Of a stretch of DNA of 64,000 nt, positions 41,969 through 51,470 are shown in pieces. Under the pieces are notes generated by a model. It ran no database searches, was not told the origin of the DNA, and saw only the letters and a list, made by a program, of their open reading frames with translations. This stretch comes from a virus: IMG/VR virus record IMGVR_UViG_3300025108_004281, positions 28,050 through 92,049 of that record. One strand, written 5' to 3'. The position numbers and the translations under genes were made by a program. Numbering within the stretch: the stretch's first letter is position 1; every line of letters starts with the position of its first letter.

Positions 41969-42784
41969 CTACTTACCTTGCGGAGACTCTTCATCTAGGT
42001 TATCTACATGCTGAATATAATGTGGCATACCGTGATCTGCTACAAAATCAAAGAACTTAAACTGTTTACATGCGGCCCAAAAGCCTCTCCAACCGTCTTT
42101 GATTCTTTGCCATATAGTCGAGTTTCTAATATTACCATAACTATTGATGTACATTAGTTTGCCACCATGTACAAATCCAAACAATGCAGGTGGTACTCTA
42201 GGCACAATGTCGTTGTTATTTACATATCTGTGGTATGAACCTATTTTACAACCTTCTAAATGTCTTCTAAACTTCCTTGTTCCTACTCTTGGTTGTCCAA
42301 AAGTTCTAAGTTCTTCAACAGGTATCTTGTCGTGGCATAACATTTCTGCTACTAAAACTGCCATAGCACCGCCTAAACTGTGCCCACATACATATACTTT
42401 TTCGTCTTTCTTTCTACCGGCCTTTACTGCCTCTAGAATGCCTGGGTAGACTTTGTTAGCCTCTTCCCAAAATCCTGAATGAACCATACCATTTCTATCG
42501 TGTCTTACAGGAATAGTCTTTAAGTCTGCTAGAACATCAGCGAACTGAGTTGGCTCTGTCCCTCTACATGCTACAACTATTTTACCTGCTCCATAGTATA
42601 CCCATGCTTGGGCATTCTCTACAGAAACGAACACTGGATTCTTTTTGCCAAATCCAGGAGGTCTTTTCTTTTTTCTTTCAGGGTCATCGGGGTCTAGGTA
42701 ACTGCGTCCTGCCAAACGTGCCATTACTTTGGCTTGTGATATCTCTTCCAGATTATCACTAATAAGTTTGTTTTCTACTGTCAT
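41969..42784 (-). CDS. Class 3 lipase/phospholipase
   Basis: ACRGT, VHSGF, GHSLGG, TFGQPRVG, DIVPRVP, DH. Confidence 0.9.
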   Translation of the reverse strand: MTVENKLISDNLEEISQAKVMARLAGRSYLDPDDPERKKKRPPGFGKKNPVFVSVENAQAWVYYGAGKIVVACRGTEPTQFADVLADLKTIPVRHDRNGMVHSGFWEEANKVYPGILEAVKAGRKKDEKVYVCGHSLGGAMAVLVAEMLCHDKIPVEELRTFGQPRVGTRKFRRHLEGCKIGSYHRYVNNNDIVPRVPPALFGFVHGGKLMYINSYGNIRNSTIWQRIKDGWRGFWAACKQFKFFDFVADHGMPHYIQHVDNLDEESPQGK

Positions 42785-42848
42785 AATTACTCCTACCTAA
42801 TTATGCTAGTATTTATCGATAAATAAGAATATTACTGTAGGAGTAATT
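42785..42848. promoter_or_regulatory. Dyad-symmetric divergent late promoter/RBS unit
   Basis: Palindrome TATTTATCGATAAATA (42810-42825) flanked by 12-nt inverted repeats AATTACTCCTAC/GTAGGAGTAATT. Confidence 0.75.
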
Positions 42849-42850
42849 TA

Positions 42851-42952
42851 ATGGTAACTGAATTAGTTCCGTATTCTTTTAAGAAAGATATGTTGTTGGT
42901 CTGTTCTATAGGACTCAACATAGGATTTATTATAGGCATTCTGCTTATATAA
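42851..42952 (+). CDS. 33-aa single-TM peptide
   Basis: Not in track; MVTELVPYSFKKDMLLVCSIGLNIGFIIGILLI with late promoter, AGGAG SD and downstream hairpin. Confidence 0.6.
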   Translation: MVTELVPYSFKKDMLLVCSIGLNIGFIIGILLI

Positions 42953-42954
42953 AG

Positions 42955-42981
42955 AAAGGCCCCACATGAAGTGAGGCCTTG
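42955..42981. terminator. Hairpin between convergent genes
   Basis: AAGGCC...GGCCTT stem. Confidence 0.5.
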
Positions 42982-43023
42982 TGTCTCTGTTAATAAACCT
43001 TTGCTCTGGGCAAGAGTATTTAC

Positions 43024-43209
43024 TTAGAATCTAATGATAGGTTCCATAGCGAGGTACATAAACCAGACCATAAAGGCTAAGCCTCCAAACGTGGCAATAT
43101 CATTGCACGTCTGTCCGTCTGGACAATACTTCTCTTTGAAGTTTTCAAAGGATGTTGGTAAATTTGTAAAGGTTCCAGAAACAAAACTTTTAATTGTATC
43201 TGTTGTCAT
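43024..43209 (-). CDS. 61-aa peptide with CxxxxxC and C-terminal TM
   Basis: AGGAG SD, long structured leader upstream. Confidence 0.65.
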   Translation of the reverse strand: MTTDTIKSFVSGTFTNLPTSFENFKEKYCPDGQTCNDIATFGGLAFMVWFMYLAMEPIIRF

Positions 43210-43410
43210 ATTTTTCTCCTAGTCTAAATAACAATTAGCACTAGTCGTTCACATGTTCTTACGAACCATGCTCAGGGGTTAAAGTTCCTTAACTTTTGTG
43301 ATTTCGTTTTGTTGTATCTTCTTAATGAGACCTACAGTGAATACATACCACTACAACCGACAATCAATCAACCGTCCTGTTGCGGAAGAGACCAATAATC
43401 TTCCAACGAT
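43210..43410 (-). ncRNA. Candidate structured leader RNA (~200 nt)
   Basis: No ORF in track; starts after GATAAATA (43411-43418); five predicted hairpins including a GUAA tetraloop. Confidence 0.4.
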
Positions 43411-43452
43411 TATTTATCATTAATTAACACATCAGTTAAGTTTTATGGTGTT

Positions 43453-45306
43453 TTAAGTGGAAAACAAAACTTTGCCCCAACCTTGTCTTCTTTTGTAATA
43501 CATTCTGTCTAAGTATTCTTCTTCACTGTCGCATGGCATGATTAAATCTAAGGTGTATTCTGTTTTGTCTTTTAATAATTCTGAGTCCTCATCATTGATG
43601 TATTCTAAAAAGTTATATCCAAAATTCATTTGTGTTGGATAAGATACAGTTAGGTGGCTAACATAAAACGTTTGTAGTTTCATAAGTTGTGGGTAATACT
43701 TCTCTGGCAAGTCTAACCATTCTCTACTGTAATGCTTATCAATGAACTGAAATATTTTTAGTGGCTCCTTGTGAAAGTCGCTTTGTGCTGACCACATAAG
43801 TGTATGTCCACTAAAGCCATCAGCAATACCTGTCTCTAAGTATTCTGTGAGTTGTGCTTTTGCTGTGTCAAATAACTGCTTAACATAACCATCGTCTTCT
43901 TGTATAAGTGTCCACAGTCTATTATAAAACTCCAAGTAACTCATATCTTTATACTTGCGTAGGAACCTGCTGATGATCTGTGTCCAGCCGTAGTTGTGAA
44001 AATTATTGATCATCCAAGCATACATCCAACTGTCTATAAACTTAGGCATCGGCATGTCCTTAGTTCCGCGGACTAACGTGACACTTTCGCTGATGCCATC
44101 TTCTTCCTCAAAGCCTGATATATAATCTTTCACAACTATCGTGTCTATTTCGTGTTCTGCTCTTTGCTCAGGTGTATTAAGGTGTGCGTTCTCTAGTAAT
44201 TGTGCTAACCAACTTTCAATAGCATTGTGTTGACCCATTTCAATTACATCACATAAACCTTTACTCCAACTTTCAAATGTTTCTTTGGGTAAGCCTAGTA
44301 TAAGTTCTGTGTAACTAGGTATCTGTTCTCTATTACATATATCAAATATGTGTTTGAGATTACTAAACTCCATGTTACGTCTTTTAATTTCTTCTAGTAC
44401 ATCCATGTCCATACTTTGTACACTTAAAGTTAGTCCTCTATTGAAGCCACTGCTGATAAACTTCTTAACAATTTCCATTATCTCTTCTGAACTGTTCTTA
44501 TACCATGTGGCATCAACAACCTGTGGATAGCCAAACTCTTTTTGTAATGCTACAAGTTCTTCTGTAAACTTCATATCTCTATCTGTAAACACACCAAAGT
44601 TTGCGTCTGCTATTGTTACATAATCCATTTTGTTATGTGCCATCCAATGCAGTTCTTGTAATACTTTTTCTTCAGGAAACTTTTTAAGTTTACTATATGT
44701 TAAGCCACCCCAGTCACAGAATGTACAAGCAAATGGACAGCCACGATTAGTTTCTAATGTGCCATTCCATAGTACGCCTGGATTGTCTGCTATAATCTTT
44801 TCAAACACACCTGTTAAGTAAGGACTTGGTATGTCTAATTCTGTTAGTCTTGGATAGTTATATATTTTTTCTATTAGTTTGCCGTTGATTAGATTTCGTA
44901 ATATATCTGTAAAACTTAATTCGCCTTCTGCTAAACTAATTGAGTCTACATACTTGTGATGCTTAAAGAATTCTTCTTCATCTGGTCTATCAGTAACTTG
45001 TGGGCCACCAAATACTATTTTGCATTTAGGATATTTTTGTTTGACTTTTTGAGCAACTGCTTTGCTCCATTCCCAGTTCCACATGTAACAACTAAATGCT
45101 ATTATGTCTGGGTCTTCTAGTCTATCAACTAGAGTATCTACATTTTCTCTGCGGAATATTATGTCTTTGAGATCTACATTTTCTTTTATATCATCAAACT
45201 GACTAGCATAACTCCATAAACAGCCAATGCTGTAAGGAATCCAGTAACCAGTTTTTCCTGCAATACCAAATCTAAAGTTAGGTTGGCACAGATATAAGTT
45301 TAGCAT
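43453..45306 (-). CDS. B12-binding radical SAM protein
   Basis: FSCYMWN/GGPQ cobalamin domain, ETNRGCPFACTFCDWG, ELILGLP. Confidence 0.9.
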   Translation of the reverse strand: MLNLYLCQPNFRFGIAGKTGYWIPYSIGCLWSYASQFDDIKENVDLKDIIFRRENVDTLVDRLEDPDIIAFSCYMWNWEWSKAVAQKVKQKYPKCKIVFGGPQVTDRPDEEEFFKHHKYVDSISLAEGELSFTDILRNLINGKLIEKIYNYPRLTELDIPSPYLTGVFEKIIADNPGVLWNGTLETNRGCPFACTFCDWGGLTYSKLKKFPEEKVLQELHWMAHNKMDYVTIADANFGVFTDRDMKFTEELVALQKEFGYPQVVDATWYKNSSEEIMEIVKKFISSGFNRGLTLSVQSMDMDVLEEIKRRNMEFSNLKHIFDICNREQIPSYTELILGLPKETFESWSKGLCDVIEMGQHNAIESWLAQLLENAHLNTPEQRAEHEIDTIVVKDYISGFEEEDGISESVTLVRGTKDMPMPKFIDSWMYAWMINNFHNYGWTQIISRFLRKYKDMSYLEFYNRLWTLIQEDDGYVKQLFDTAKAQLTEYLETGIADGFSGHTLMWSAQSDFHKEPLKIFQFIDKHYSREWLDLPEKYYPQLMKLQTFYVSHLTVSYPTQMNFGYNFLEYINDEDSELLKDKTEYTLDLIMPCDSEEEYLDRMYYKRRQGWGKVLFST

Positions 45307-45388
45307 AGCAGTATTTATCGTGTATAAATCACAGCCAAAGGAAAGCAGGCACTAGGCCTGCTTATTGAATACTTGGTCCTTGTATTGC

Positions 45389-45676
45389 TTACTTGAAAGA
45401 TGCTCTGGCTTCTTTCACTAGGTCTGCTTTTTTCTTACGCAAATCTAGTTCAACACCATTTTCTCTTGCTAATAGTTCTAATTCTGCTTTAGTCTTTTTA
45501 TTAAGTTCTGCCGCAGTAGGAACTTTAGGTTTAGCAGGAGCCTTTGGTGCAGGTGCCGGTGCAGGAGCAGGTGTAGGTTTGCTTTCTACTACATCATCTT
45601 TCTTAAAAAATGATTGGTAAACAACAAATCCAACAATCGCTACTACAACAACTATACCTATGATTGAATTTTCCAT
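45389..45676 (-). CDS. Membrane-anchored protein with Pro/Ala linker and Rho-N/HeH-like domain
   Basis: N-terminal TM, PAPAPAP, LNKKTKAELELLARENG...KKADLV. Confidence 0.65.
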   Translation of the reverse strand: MENSIIGIVVVVAIVGFVVYQSFFKKDDVVESKPTPAPAPAPAPKAPAKPKVPTAAELNKKTKAELELLARENGVELDLRKKKADLVKEARASFK

Positions 45677-45679
45677 GGT

Positions 45680-46669
45680 TTATCTCCTCAATTGGTTATC
45701 TAGTTTATCTAGTAGATCATATCGATCTTTTTCAAACGTATGTGCAAGATTATAAGGATTGAATCTCTTGTATGTTGTGCCTCTAATTCTACTTGCGACC
45801 TCTTCTACTATTAATTTGTCCTTTACATCTTTGAATCCGGCAATATCTGATATGGTATTTTCGAACTCCACTCCGTCTACATTTTCCAGTAACTTGAATA
45901 AGGCTAAATCAAATTCAAGATAACTGAACCCAAACTGATCCTCGTCTGAACTAGATATTCCTAATCCATCTGTTGGAACAGCAAACACGACACTATCGGG
46001 TACACCTTGCATTTCAGCAAGAGCAGGAACTTCCCAACTCTTACTTAATGATTGTATTGGCGATACATCGCCCACGTCTCCGTGTAGTGTCCAAAACCCT
46101 GCGGCTAGTTCTGAAAAATTATCAGTACTTGCTACAAAGCCTTGACTCGCACCAGCAAGATTGTACAACGTAATCATACGCAATCTGGCTCGAATGTTTC
46201 CTTTTCTAATCTTACTAGAGTGATCATTGCTGATTAAACTAGCATCAATTTTATATTCTTGTTGAAGCAAACTTTCGTATGCTTCTGTTAAATCAATATG
46301 TCTGTGGTCTATGCCTAGTGCCTTTGCTGTTTCAAAGCCTCTGTCTGTTTCATCTTCTATTTGATTAATAGGCATTGTTACACCAATTACATGATAGCCT
46401 GCATCTCTAAATAAACTTGCAGTTAAGGCACTATCTATGCCTCCACTGAGTCCAACACAGACGTTGCTTATTTTGTATTTGTTGGCGTACTCAACTAAGT
46501 TCTGTACTATATCATTTCGTAGCACTTGCAGTTTTTCAACTGACATGTACTTTCCGCTTTTGATGTAACTGTCTAGCAGTTTTTCAAATGCAGGAGACAA
46601 CACAGGCTTTCTGTTATAATCAAGTATTAACTTTTTTAAATTTGCTTGTTCAGTTTTCTTATTCATCAT
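45680..46669 (-). CDS. nadE: NH3-dependent NAD+ synthetase
   Basis: GLSGGIDS, GNIRARLRM, STDNFSE, GFWTLHGD, PTDGL. Confidence 0.9.
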   Translation of the reverse strand: MMNKKTEQANLKKLILDYNRKPVLSPAFEKLLDSYIKSGKYMSVEKLQVLRNDIVQNLVEYANKYKISNVCVGLSGGIDSALTASLFRDAGYHVIGVTMPINQIEDETDRGFETAKALGIDHRHIDLTEAYESLLQQEYKIDASLISNDHSSKIRKGNIRARLRMITLYNLAGASQGFVASTDNFSELAAGFWTLHGDVGDVSPIQSLSKSWEVPALAEMQGVPDSVVFAVPTDGLGISSSDEDQFGFSYLEFDLALFKLLENVDGVEFENTISDIAGFKDVKDKLIVEEVASRIRGTTYKRFNPYNLAHTFEKDRYDLLDKLDNQLRR

Positions 46670-46979
46670 CTTTGTTATTGTTTATATCCTCTATTAAATC
46701 CCATATAGTTGCATCTGAATTGGACAACTCTGATTTATAATCTTCTAAACCATATGCTACTCGTAATGCTTTTTTGTAATAGCCAACGGCAGTACTACAA
46801 TAAACAGCAAAACTTTCATGTGTAATATCCACATCCAAGTCCATGCCTAAGTGAACCATAAACTTTGTTAGATCTCTTGTGACATCATCTATTGTTTCTT
46901 CAAATAGAGTGTCGTTACCGAGTTCAGCCGCCTTAAGTTTTTCTCTGTAAGCAGTCAAGTCGACTATGTTATTTTTCAT
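46659..46979 (-). CDS. Hypothetical protein
   Basis: 106 aa, coupled. Confidence 0.6.
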   Translation of the reverse strand: MKNNIVDLTAYREKLKAAELGNDTLFEETIDDVTRDLTKFMVHLGMDLDVDITHESFAVYCSTAVGYYKKALRVAYGLEDYKSELSNSDATIWDLIEDINNNKDDE

Positions 46980-47187
46980 CTAACTTATTTTGTTTCTCTA
47001 ACTCTTCTATTTTAGATTTAAGAATGTTGACCATATTTGATTGTTCATCGTCTAATAATTTAGCACCTATATGAACTTTTTCTTTTTCTAATACATCAAC
47101 CTGTGTTTCTAATTCTGCTATGCGTTGCTCAGCAGAAGACAAAGCATCAATCAATTGCTTTTTAGTCATTTGTGTTTTGCTTGTCAT
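46969..47187 (-). CDS. Small coiled-coil protein
   Basis: 72 aa, GAGGT SD. Confidence 0.6.
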   Translation of the reverse strand: MTSKTQMTKKQLIDALSSAEQRIAELETQVDVLEKEKVHIGAKLLDDEQSNMVNILKSKIEELEKQNKLDEK

Positions 47188-47188
47188 A

Positions 47189-47821
47189 CTAGTTAATTAC
47201 CTCGCTTTTGCCGAATACAATGTATAAACTGGTTCGTTTTTGTCCTTCTGGAACAGGTGTCATCATACCATGCATTTCTTTATTTGTGTTTAACAATATA
47301 TAACCGTTACCTTTTCCATAATAGGTTGTTAATAATTCTTCGCCGTGTTCACTTTCGAATACTGGCTTTAGAAATGTTGTGCCACATCTTTCATCGCAAT
47401 CATTATCTAAATATATTTGCATAGTTACATTTAAAACTTTTTGATCACAATGCGGAAACAATTCAAAGCCTGGTGAGTCTTGCCACATGCTTGTACTAGG
47501 AATACCCAAGCCATTTAAATCAAACTTTGCTTTAATAGAGTCTATTGTTTTTTGTAACTCTAAACTGATTTCATGTATATCAGAAAAGTCTGCTCTTTGC
47601 CTGTGTATTTTATGTGTTTCAGGTGGGTGTGCATACACATCGTATCTTTTTGTTGTTGGTGCATCGTATACTTCTTTAGCATATTCTATTTCTTCATCAC
47701 TAAGAACATCTTCTAGCACTATTAATTTATATTGATGTGGTTCATACTCTATAGTTGCTCCTTCGAGAACTGTGAGGTCTGTGTTTTCTATATATTCAAC
47801 TAACTTTTCAAACATGCCCAT
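47189..47821 (-). CDS. 2OG-Fe(II) oxygenase-like protein
   Basis: PHCD...MQIYL...GTTF...MHGM...RTS. Confidence 0.75.
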   Translation of the reverse strand: MGMFEKLVEYIENTDLTVLEGATIEYEPHQYKLIVLEDVLSDEEIEYAKEVYDAPTTKRYDVYAHPPETHKIHRQRADFSDIHEISLELQKTIDSIKAKFDLNGLGIPSTSMWQDSPGFELFPHCDQKVLNVTMQIYLDNDCDERCGTTFLKPVFESEHGEELLTTYYGKGNGYILLNTNKEMHGMMTPVPEGQKRTSLYIVFGKSEVIN

Positions 47822-48176
47822 GGACCAATAGATGTACTAATAAGAAATATGTCATGCCATGTGCTAATTGATCTGTTCCGTGTATTACCCAATACTTTTG
47901 TTCAGAAGGATTAGTTGGAAATCTTTCCCATAATTTGTTCTTTGCATAGTCTATGTGATAATGTAATATTGCATCTATGGCACCTAATACAAATGCTGTT
48001 AATGGGTTTGCAAAATTTAGTAGTACAATAAAAGTAAACAAGCCGTGTAGTTTTGCATGAGCAAGTCCACCAATGTGTCCATATGTACCTTTGTACTTGA
48101 ACATCCAAGGATATTGCATATAATAATCTGCAATTATATGTTTAGTAAAAAGCCAAAATAAAATGTTAAATTCCAT
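47808..48176 (-). CDS. DUF3307-like membrane protein
   Basis: HIIADYYMQ, HAKLH, HYHIDYAK, DQLAH. Confidence 0.75.
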   Translation of the reverse strand: MEFNILFWLFTKHIIADYYMQYPWMFKYKGTYGHIGGLAHAKLHGLFTFIVLLNFANPLTAFVLGAIDAILHYHIDYAKNKLWERFPTNPSEQKYWVIHGTDQLAHGMTYFLLVHLLVHGHV

Positions 48177-48185
48177 ATTAATACC

Positions 48186-48261
48186 TGGTGGAGCCACGGG
48201 GATTCGAACCCCGGACCTTCTGGTTGCAAACCAGACGTTCTCCCAACTGAACTATGGCCCC
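48186..48261 (-). tRNA. tRNA-Ala(UGC)
   Basis: Cloverleaf, G3:U70 pair, anticodon TGC, encoded CCA. Confidence 0.95.
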
Positions 48262-48270
48262 TTAGTAGTG

Positions 48271-48858
48271 TTATTTATAATACTGTAAATTAGTTGAAGT
48301 CATTTTTTGTACTACATCAAAAAGTACAACAATAGACAATCCACTTATTAAAAATCTAATATCAAATAACAATGCTTCTGGACTAAATGGAGGGAACCAT
48401 TGGCCTGCGTTTGCCATTACATGCCATACTAACCAACTGCTTAATAATGACACATACTTGCTGTCTAGCATTTTGCTAATGAAGGGTGTTAATGCTAATG
48501 CTGAATAAGTCATTAACATACTGTTATGGAAACCTATAAACAAATCACTCACAAACATTACACCTAATGGTAATAAGAATGCTAGGTTGTTTTTAGTTAA
48601 GTAAGGTGTTAGAACTGCTAAACCTAATAGTGGTTCGCTGTTTGGTGGCAATGGTAAAAGTCTGCTCACTACCAAAGCACCAAATAATATTAATCCAACT
48701 TTAAATACTGAGGGATTCTTTAACACAGGCTTCGCAGTTTTTGTTAAACATTGCTCGTAAGAAGCCTTTTGTTTTGGCTCTGCCTGCCCACTTAAAAGTC
48801 TTTTTACATGCTTTGCAATGCCTTTTATGTAATTGATATGGTCCCCATTTTTCATCAT
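48271..48858 (-). CDS. DUF6580-like putative transporter membrane protein (true start probably near 48727)
   Basis: SRLLPLPPNSEP, SDLFIGFH, WHVMAN motifs; multiple TMs. Confidence 0.6.
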   Translation of the reverse strand: MMKNGDHINYIKGIAKHVKRLLSGQAEPKQKASYEQCLTKTAKPVLKNPSVFKVGLILFGALVVSRLLPLPPNSEPLLGLAVLTPYLTKNNLAFLLPLGVMFVSDLFIGFHNSMLMTYSALALTPFISKMLDSKYVSLLSSWLVWHVMANAGQWFPPFSPEALLFDIRFLISGLSIVVLFDVVQKMTSTNLQYYK

Positions 48859-48910
48859 ATGTTTGTTGTCGCTTTTGTATAGAGTCTAGACTCTGTTCTT
48901 TCTTTGGCAT
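48701..48910 (-). CDS. Small basic protein with two CxxC motifs
   Basis: CKAC...CEAC zinc-ribbon-like. Confidence 0.5.
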   Translation of the reverse strand: MPKKEQSLDSIQKRQQTYDEKWGPYQLHKRHCKACKKTFKWAGRAKTKGFLRAMFNKNCEACVKESLSI

Positions 48911-48918
48911 AATTTTCT

Positions 48919-49155
48919 CTAGTGTAAAGTAGAGAAGGCTCTTTCTATCATAGCCTCCCTAACATCTTTGTCAGATACGGCATCAATGAACTCGTCGTTT
49001 ATTGTGAAATATGCGTTACTGTCTGTGATGTCTTGTTCAGGTATGCCTACCATTTTACAAATGTCTTCATAACTTAATGCAATGCCTTTGGCATGTGCTT
49101 CAAGCATTAGGTCCATGACAATCTTACCAATTATCTTTTCCAACTTATCTGACAT
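48919..49155 (-). CDS. Hypothetical protein
   Basis: CATAAATA-N5-ATG start. Confidence 0.65.
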   Translation of the reverse strand: MSDKLEKIIGKIVMDLMLEAHAKGIALSYEDICKMVGIPEQDITDSNAYFTINDEFIDAVSDKDVREAMIERAFSTLH

Positions 49156-49175
49156 GCTAGTATTTATGCTGTCAT

Positions 49176-49311
49176 AAAAAAAGGCGAATGTAAAACTCGC
49201 CTTCTATAGTTTTTATTTAAAGTCACTTAACTATTATAAAATTGACTGGCAAATTATGTTATGTGATTTTGGAGGTATAACACCGGGCACCCGGAAGACA
49301 CTCCTCTACTT
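49176..49311 (-). ncRNA. Candidate small RNA
   Basis: Bounded by TAAATA (49317-49322) and a terminator (49176-49203); GC-rich 5' hairpin; no ORF. Confidence 0.35.
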
Positions 49312-49324
49312 GTCGCTATTTAGT

Positions 49325-49399
49325 TGGTACCCCGTAGGAGAGTCGAACTCCTGTTGCCGAGATGAAAACCCGGTGTCCTAACCACTAGACGAACGGGGC
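49325..49399 (-). tRNA. tRNA-Glu(UUC)
   Basis: Cloverleaf, anticodon TTC, CCA. Confidence 0.95.
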
Positions 49400-49407
49400 A
49401 CATTTTA

Positions 49408-49812
49408 TTATGCACTCCAGTAACTTTCAGAACTTGGACTCATATAATGAGGCGTATTGATTGACTCGGTAAATTTCTTACCTGTCATCATATTAGTTCT
49501 TTCAACCACTGGTTCTATGAGTTCATAATCTTCCACACTCATAACCATGTAGTTATTAATGTCATTAACATGAGTTCGGCCTAAGTCTTTGTTTGTAGCC
49601 TCTTCATAAGCATTACAGAACCTTGAATGATAATAAGGTTTGCCATCAGCCAACACATTATTAACATCTTCAATTGCTTTAGCATAATACTTTAACGTTC
49701 TAGTAATGCCAGCCTTAGCCGCCGCTCTAGTTTTGTATTGAGTATTAGCATAACTTTTCTTGTTAGGCTCTCTGTGAATTGAATTATTCTTTTTACTTAC
49801 TATTACAAACAT
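49408..49812 (-). CDS. Early hypothetical protein
   Basis: AGGAG SD, sigma70-like promoter ~49845-49874; ends TPHYMSPSSESYWS. Confidence 0.75.
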   Translation of the reverse strand: MFVIVSKKNNSIHREPNKKSYANTQYKTRAAAKAGITRTLKYYAKAIEDVNNVLADGKPYYHSRFCNAYEEATNKDLGRTHVNDINNYMVMSVEDYELIEPVVERTNMMTGKKFTESINTPHYMSPSSESYWSA

Positions 49813-49865
49813 AAAAACTCCTACCTTTTTTGTTAATATACATATATTATACTAAATTTTAGGGT

Positions 49866-50585
49866 CTATGTCAACCATCCTGGGCCAGTTTCTGGCTGAA
49901 TATGTATCTTTATTTCTGGTTTTAGTAGGCTAACTGCTAGTGCTATTGTGCTGTTTGTTTCGCATAAACGTTTCATACATGCTTTCCACAGTCCAAAACT
50001 TATTTGATCGTTTTGTATTACCCTGTATGTTCTAGTAATTGCATTGGTTAATATATCATGTGCAAATAAATTAGCAGTGGTTGTGTCTTCATACAACTTA
50101 ATGTTCTTTGTACCGTAATGTTTTGGATCTTGCATCAACTTTTGTTCTTCAGGTATAAAGTCTATTATATTTTCTTGTGTATGTTTAGCACCTGTAACAA
50201 TATGATAAAGACTGTCACTAACTAATGTAAACTTATGCACATTACTAACAGTTAATAGGTTGCTTCTAGTTGTACTGTTTGGATATAAATCAATTAGTGT
50301 ATCAACTATACTAAGAAGCCAACGTAAATTTAAATGTTCTAATAATACATCTTCATAATCTAAATAGAAACGTTCAAACTCATCTTTGTATTCATGTTTT
50401 TCTGCATCATTCATTCGTCTAGAAGTAATAATCATTTCCATTATTTTGACTACTGCTTTTGGCTTGCCAATGTTTTTATTCCATAAAGGTATTGTTGTTT
50501 GATATGGTGTGCGTTCATGTGGAGGAATATCTGCTACAGCAGACTCGTCAATTTGTTCAGTGATTAGTTCTAGTAGTTCATCCAT
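49866..50585 (-). CDS. Hypothetical protein
   Basis: LNLRWLLSIVDT motif; likely start MDELLEL. Confidence 0.65.
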   Translation of the reverse strand: MDELLELITEQIDESAVADIPPHERTPYQTTIPLWNKNIGKPKAVVKIMEMIITSRRMNDAEKHEYKDEFERFYLDYEDVLLEHLNLRWLLSIVDTLIDLYPNSTTRSNLLTVSNVHKFTLVSDSLYHIVTGAKHTQENIIDFIPEEQKLMQDPKHYGTKNIKLYEDTTTANLFAHDILTNAITRTYRVIQNDQISFGLWKACMKRLCETNSTIALAVSLLKPEIKIHIQPETGPGWLT

Positions 50586-51369
50586 TATAAATTTTGTTCT
50601 TGTAATACATATGATGCTCAAAGAAGTCTAGCAACTTGTACTCGTTATAAAGAGGCCCGTGAACAAGATCTCTAATCTTGTGTGCGTGAATGTGTTTAAA
50701 CTTTGATATGTAATATTTTTGTTGATCACTATATGGCGATCTTCTATTCACAAAAAGTCGTAAAAGTTCTTCTGTGATATTATCTTGTCTTTGAATAATT
50801 GGCCGATAAACGTTCGGCCATATATCTCTTCTTGTATCTAAATTCAAACCAACAAGCCGAGATAATAAAAATTTAGGTCTATTTGTTAATGCATTTTCTA
50901 ATGTGATAGATAGAGGAGTCATATGCATGTCGTACTTAGGAGATTTAGCAAAATCGCCTTTAAGAATATCATCAACAACATTTAAAAGATAGGGTTCTAA
51001 ATCATTGTAATAGTCATTACTTTTGCCTTTGAACTTTTTGTGTTTTTCTTGTGACCACCATTCGCTAGAAAGATAACCACCTAGTATTTTATCTACAGGA
51101 TCTTTATAAGGAATAAACCAATTTACATTACCTTCTGGTGCAAACGATCTATTACTGTATGATGAATAATGAATATCAAATAAGTTGTTGAATGCTGAGT
51201 GATTACCTTTGCGGTAAAGTAGTAAACTATGTGTTACATCTTCTTCGGCTTGATAATTTACCCACAAACTTTTTTCTAACTCAAGTTCTGATTTCCATGA
51301 GTTTTGAATGTTTTTATCAAATTGCATGTACGAATACAAGTCATTTATGTTATGCCGTTCTTGTGTCAT
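50578..51369 (-). CDS. Divergent sulfotransferase-like protein
   Basis: YRKGNHS and KDPVDKILGGY echo the PSB/PB motifs; DMHM. Confidence 0.45.
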   Translation of the reverse strand: MTQERHNINDLYSYMQFDKNIQNSWKSELELEKSLWVNYQAEEDVTHSLLLYRKGNHSAFNNLFDIHYSSYSNRSFAPEGNVNWFIPYKDPVDKILGGYLSSEWWSQEKHKKFKGKSNDYYNDLEPYLLNVVDDILKGDFAKSPKYDMHMTPLSITLENALTNRPKFLLSRLVGLNLDTRRDIWPNVYRPIIQRQDNITEELLRLFVNRRSPYSDQQKYYISKFKHIHAHKIRDLVHGPLYNEYKLLDFFEHHMYYKNKIYNG

Positions 51370-51380
51370 AGTAATACCAT

Positions 51381-51470
51381 TGGCGGAAAGGGAGGGATTC
51401 GAACCCTCGGTACAGTTACCCGTACTCTTCCTTAGCAGGGAAGTGCTTTAAGCCACTCAGCCACCTTTCC
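51381..51470 (-). tRNA. tRNA-Ser(GCU)
   Basis: Long variable arm, anticodon GCT, G73, CCA. Confidence 0.95.

Noticed and set aside
43003-43020. 12-nt complementarity between this 3' UTR and the leader at about 54416-54433
   Set aside because: Matches of this length are expected by chance in 64 kb, and both sites are self-hairpins.
48177-48197. DUF3307 ORF starting inside tRNA-Ala
   Set aside because: A better ATG at 48176 lies just outside the tRNA.
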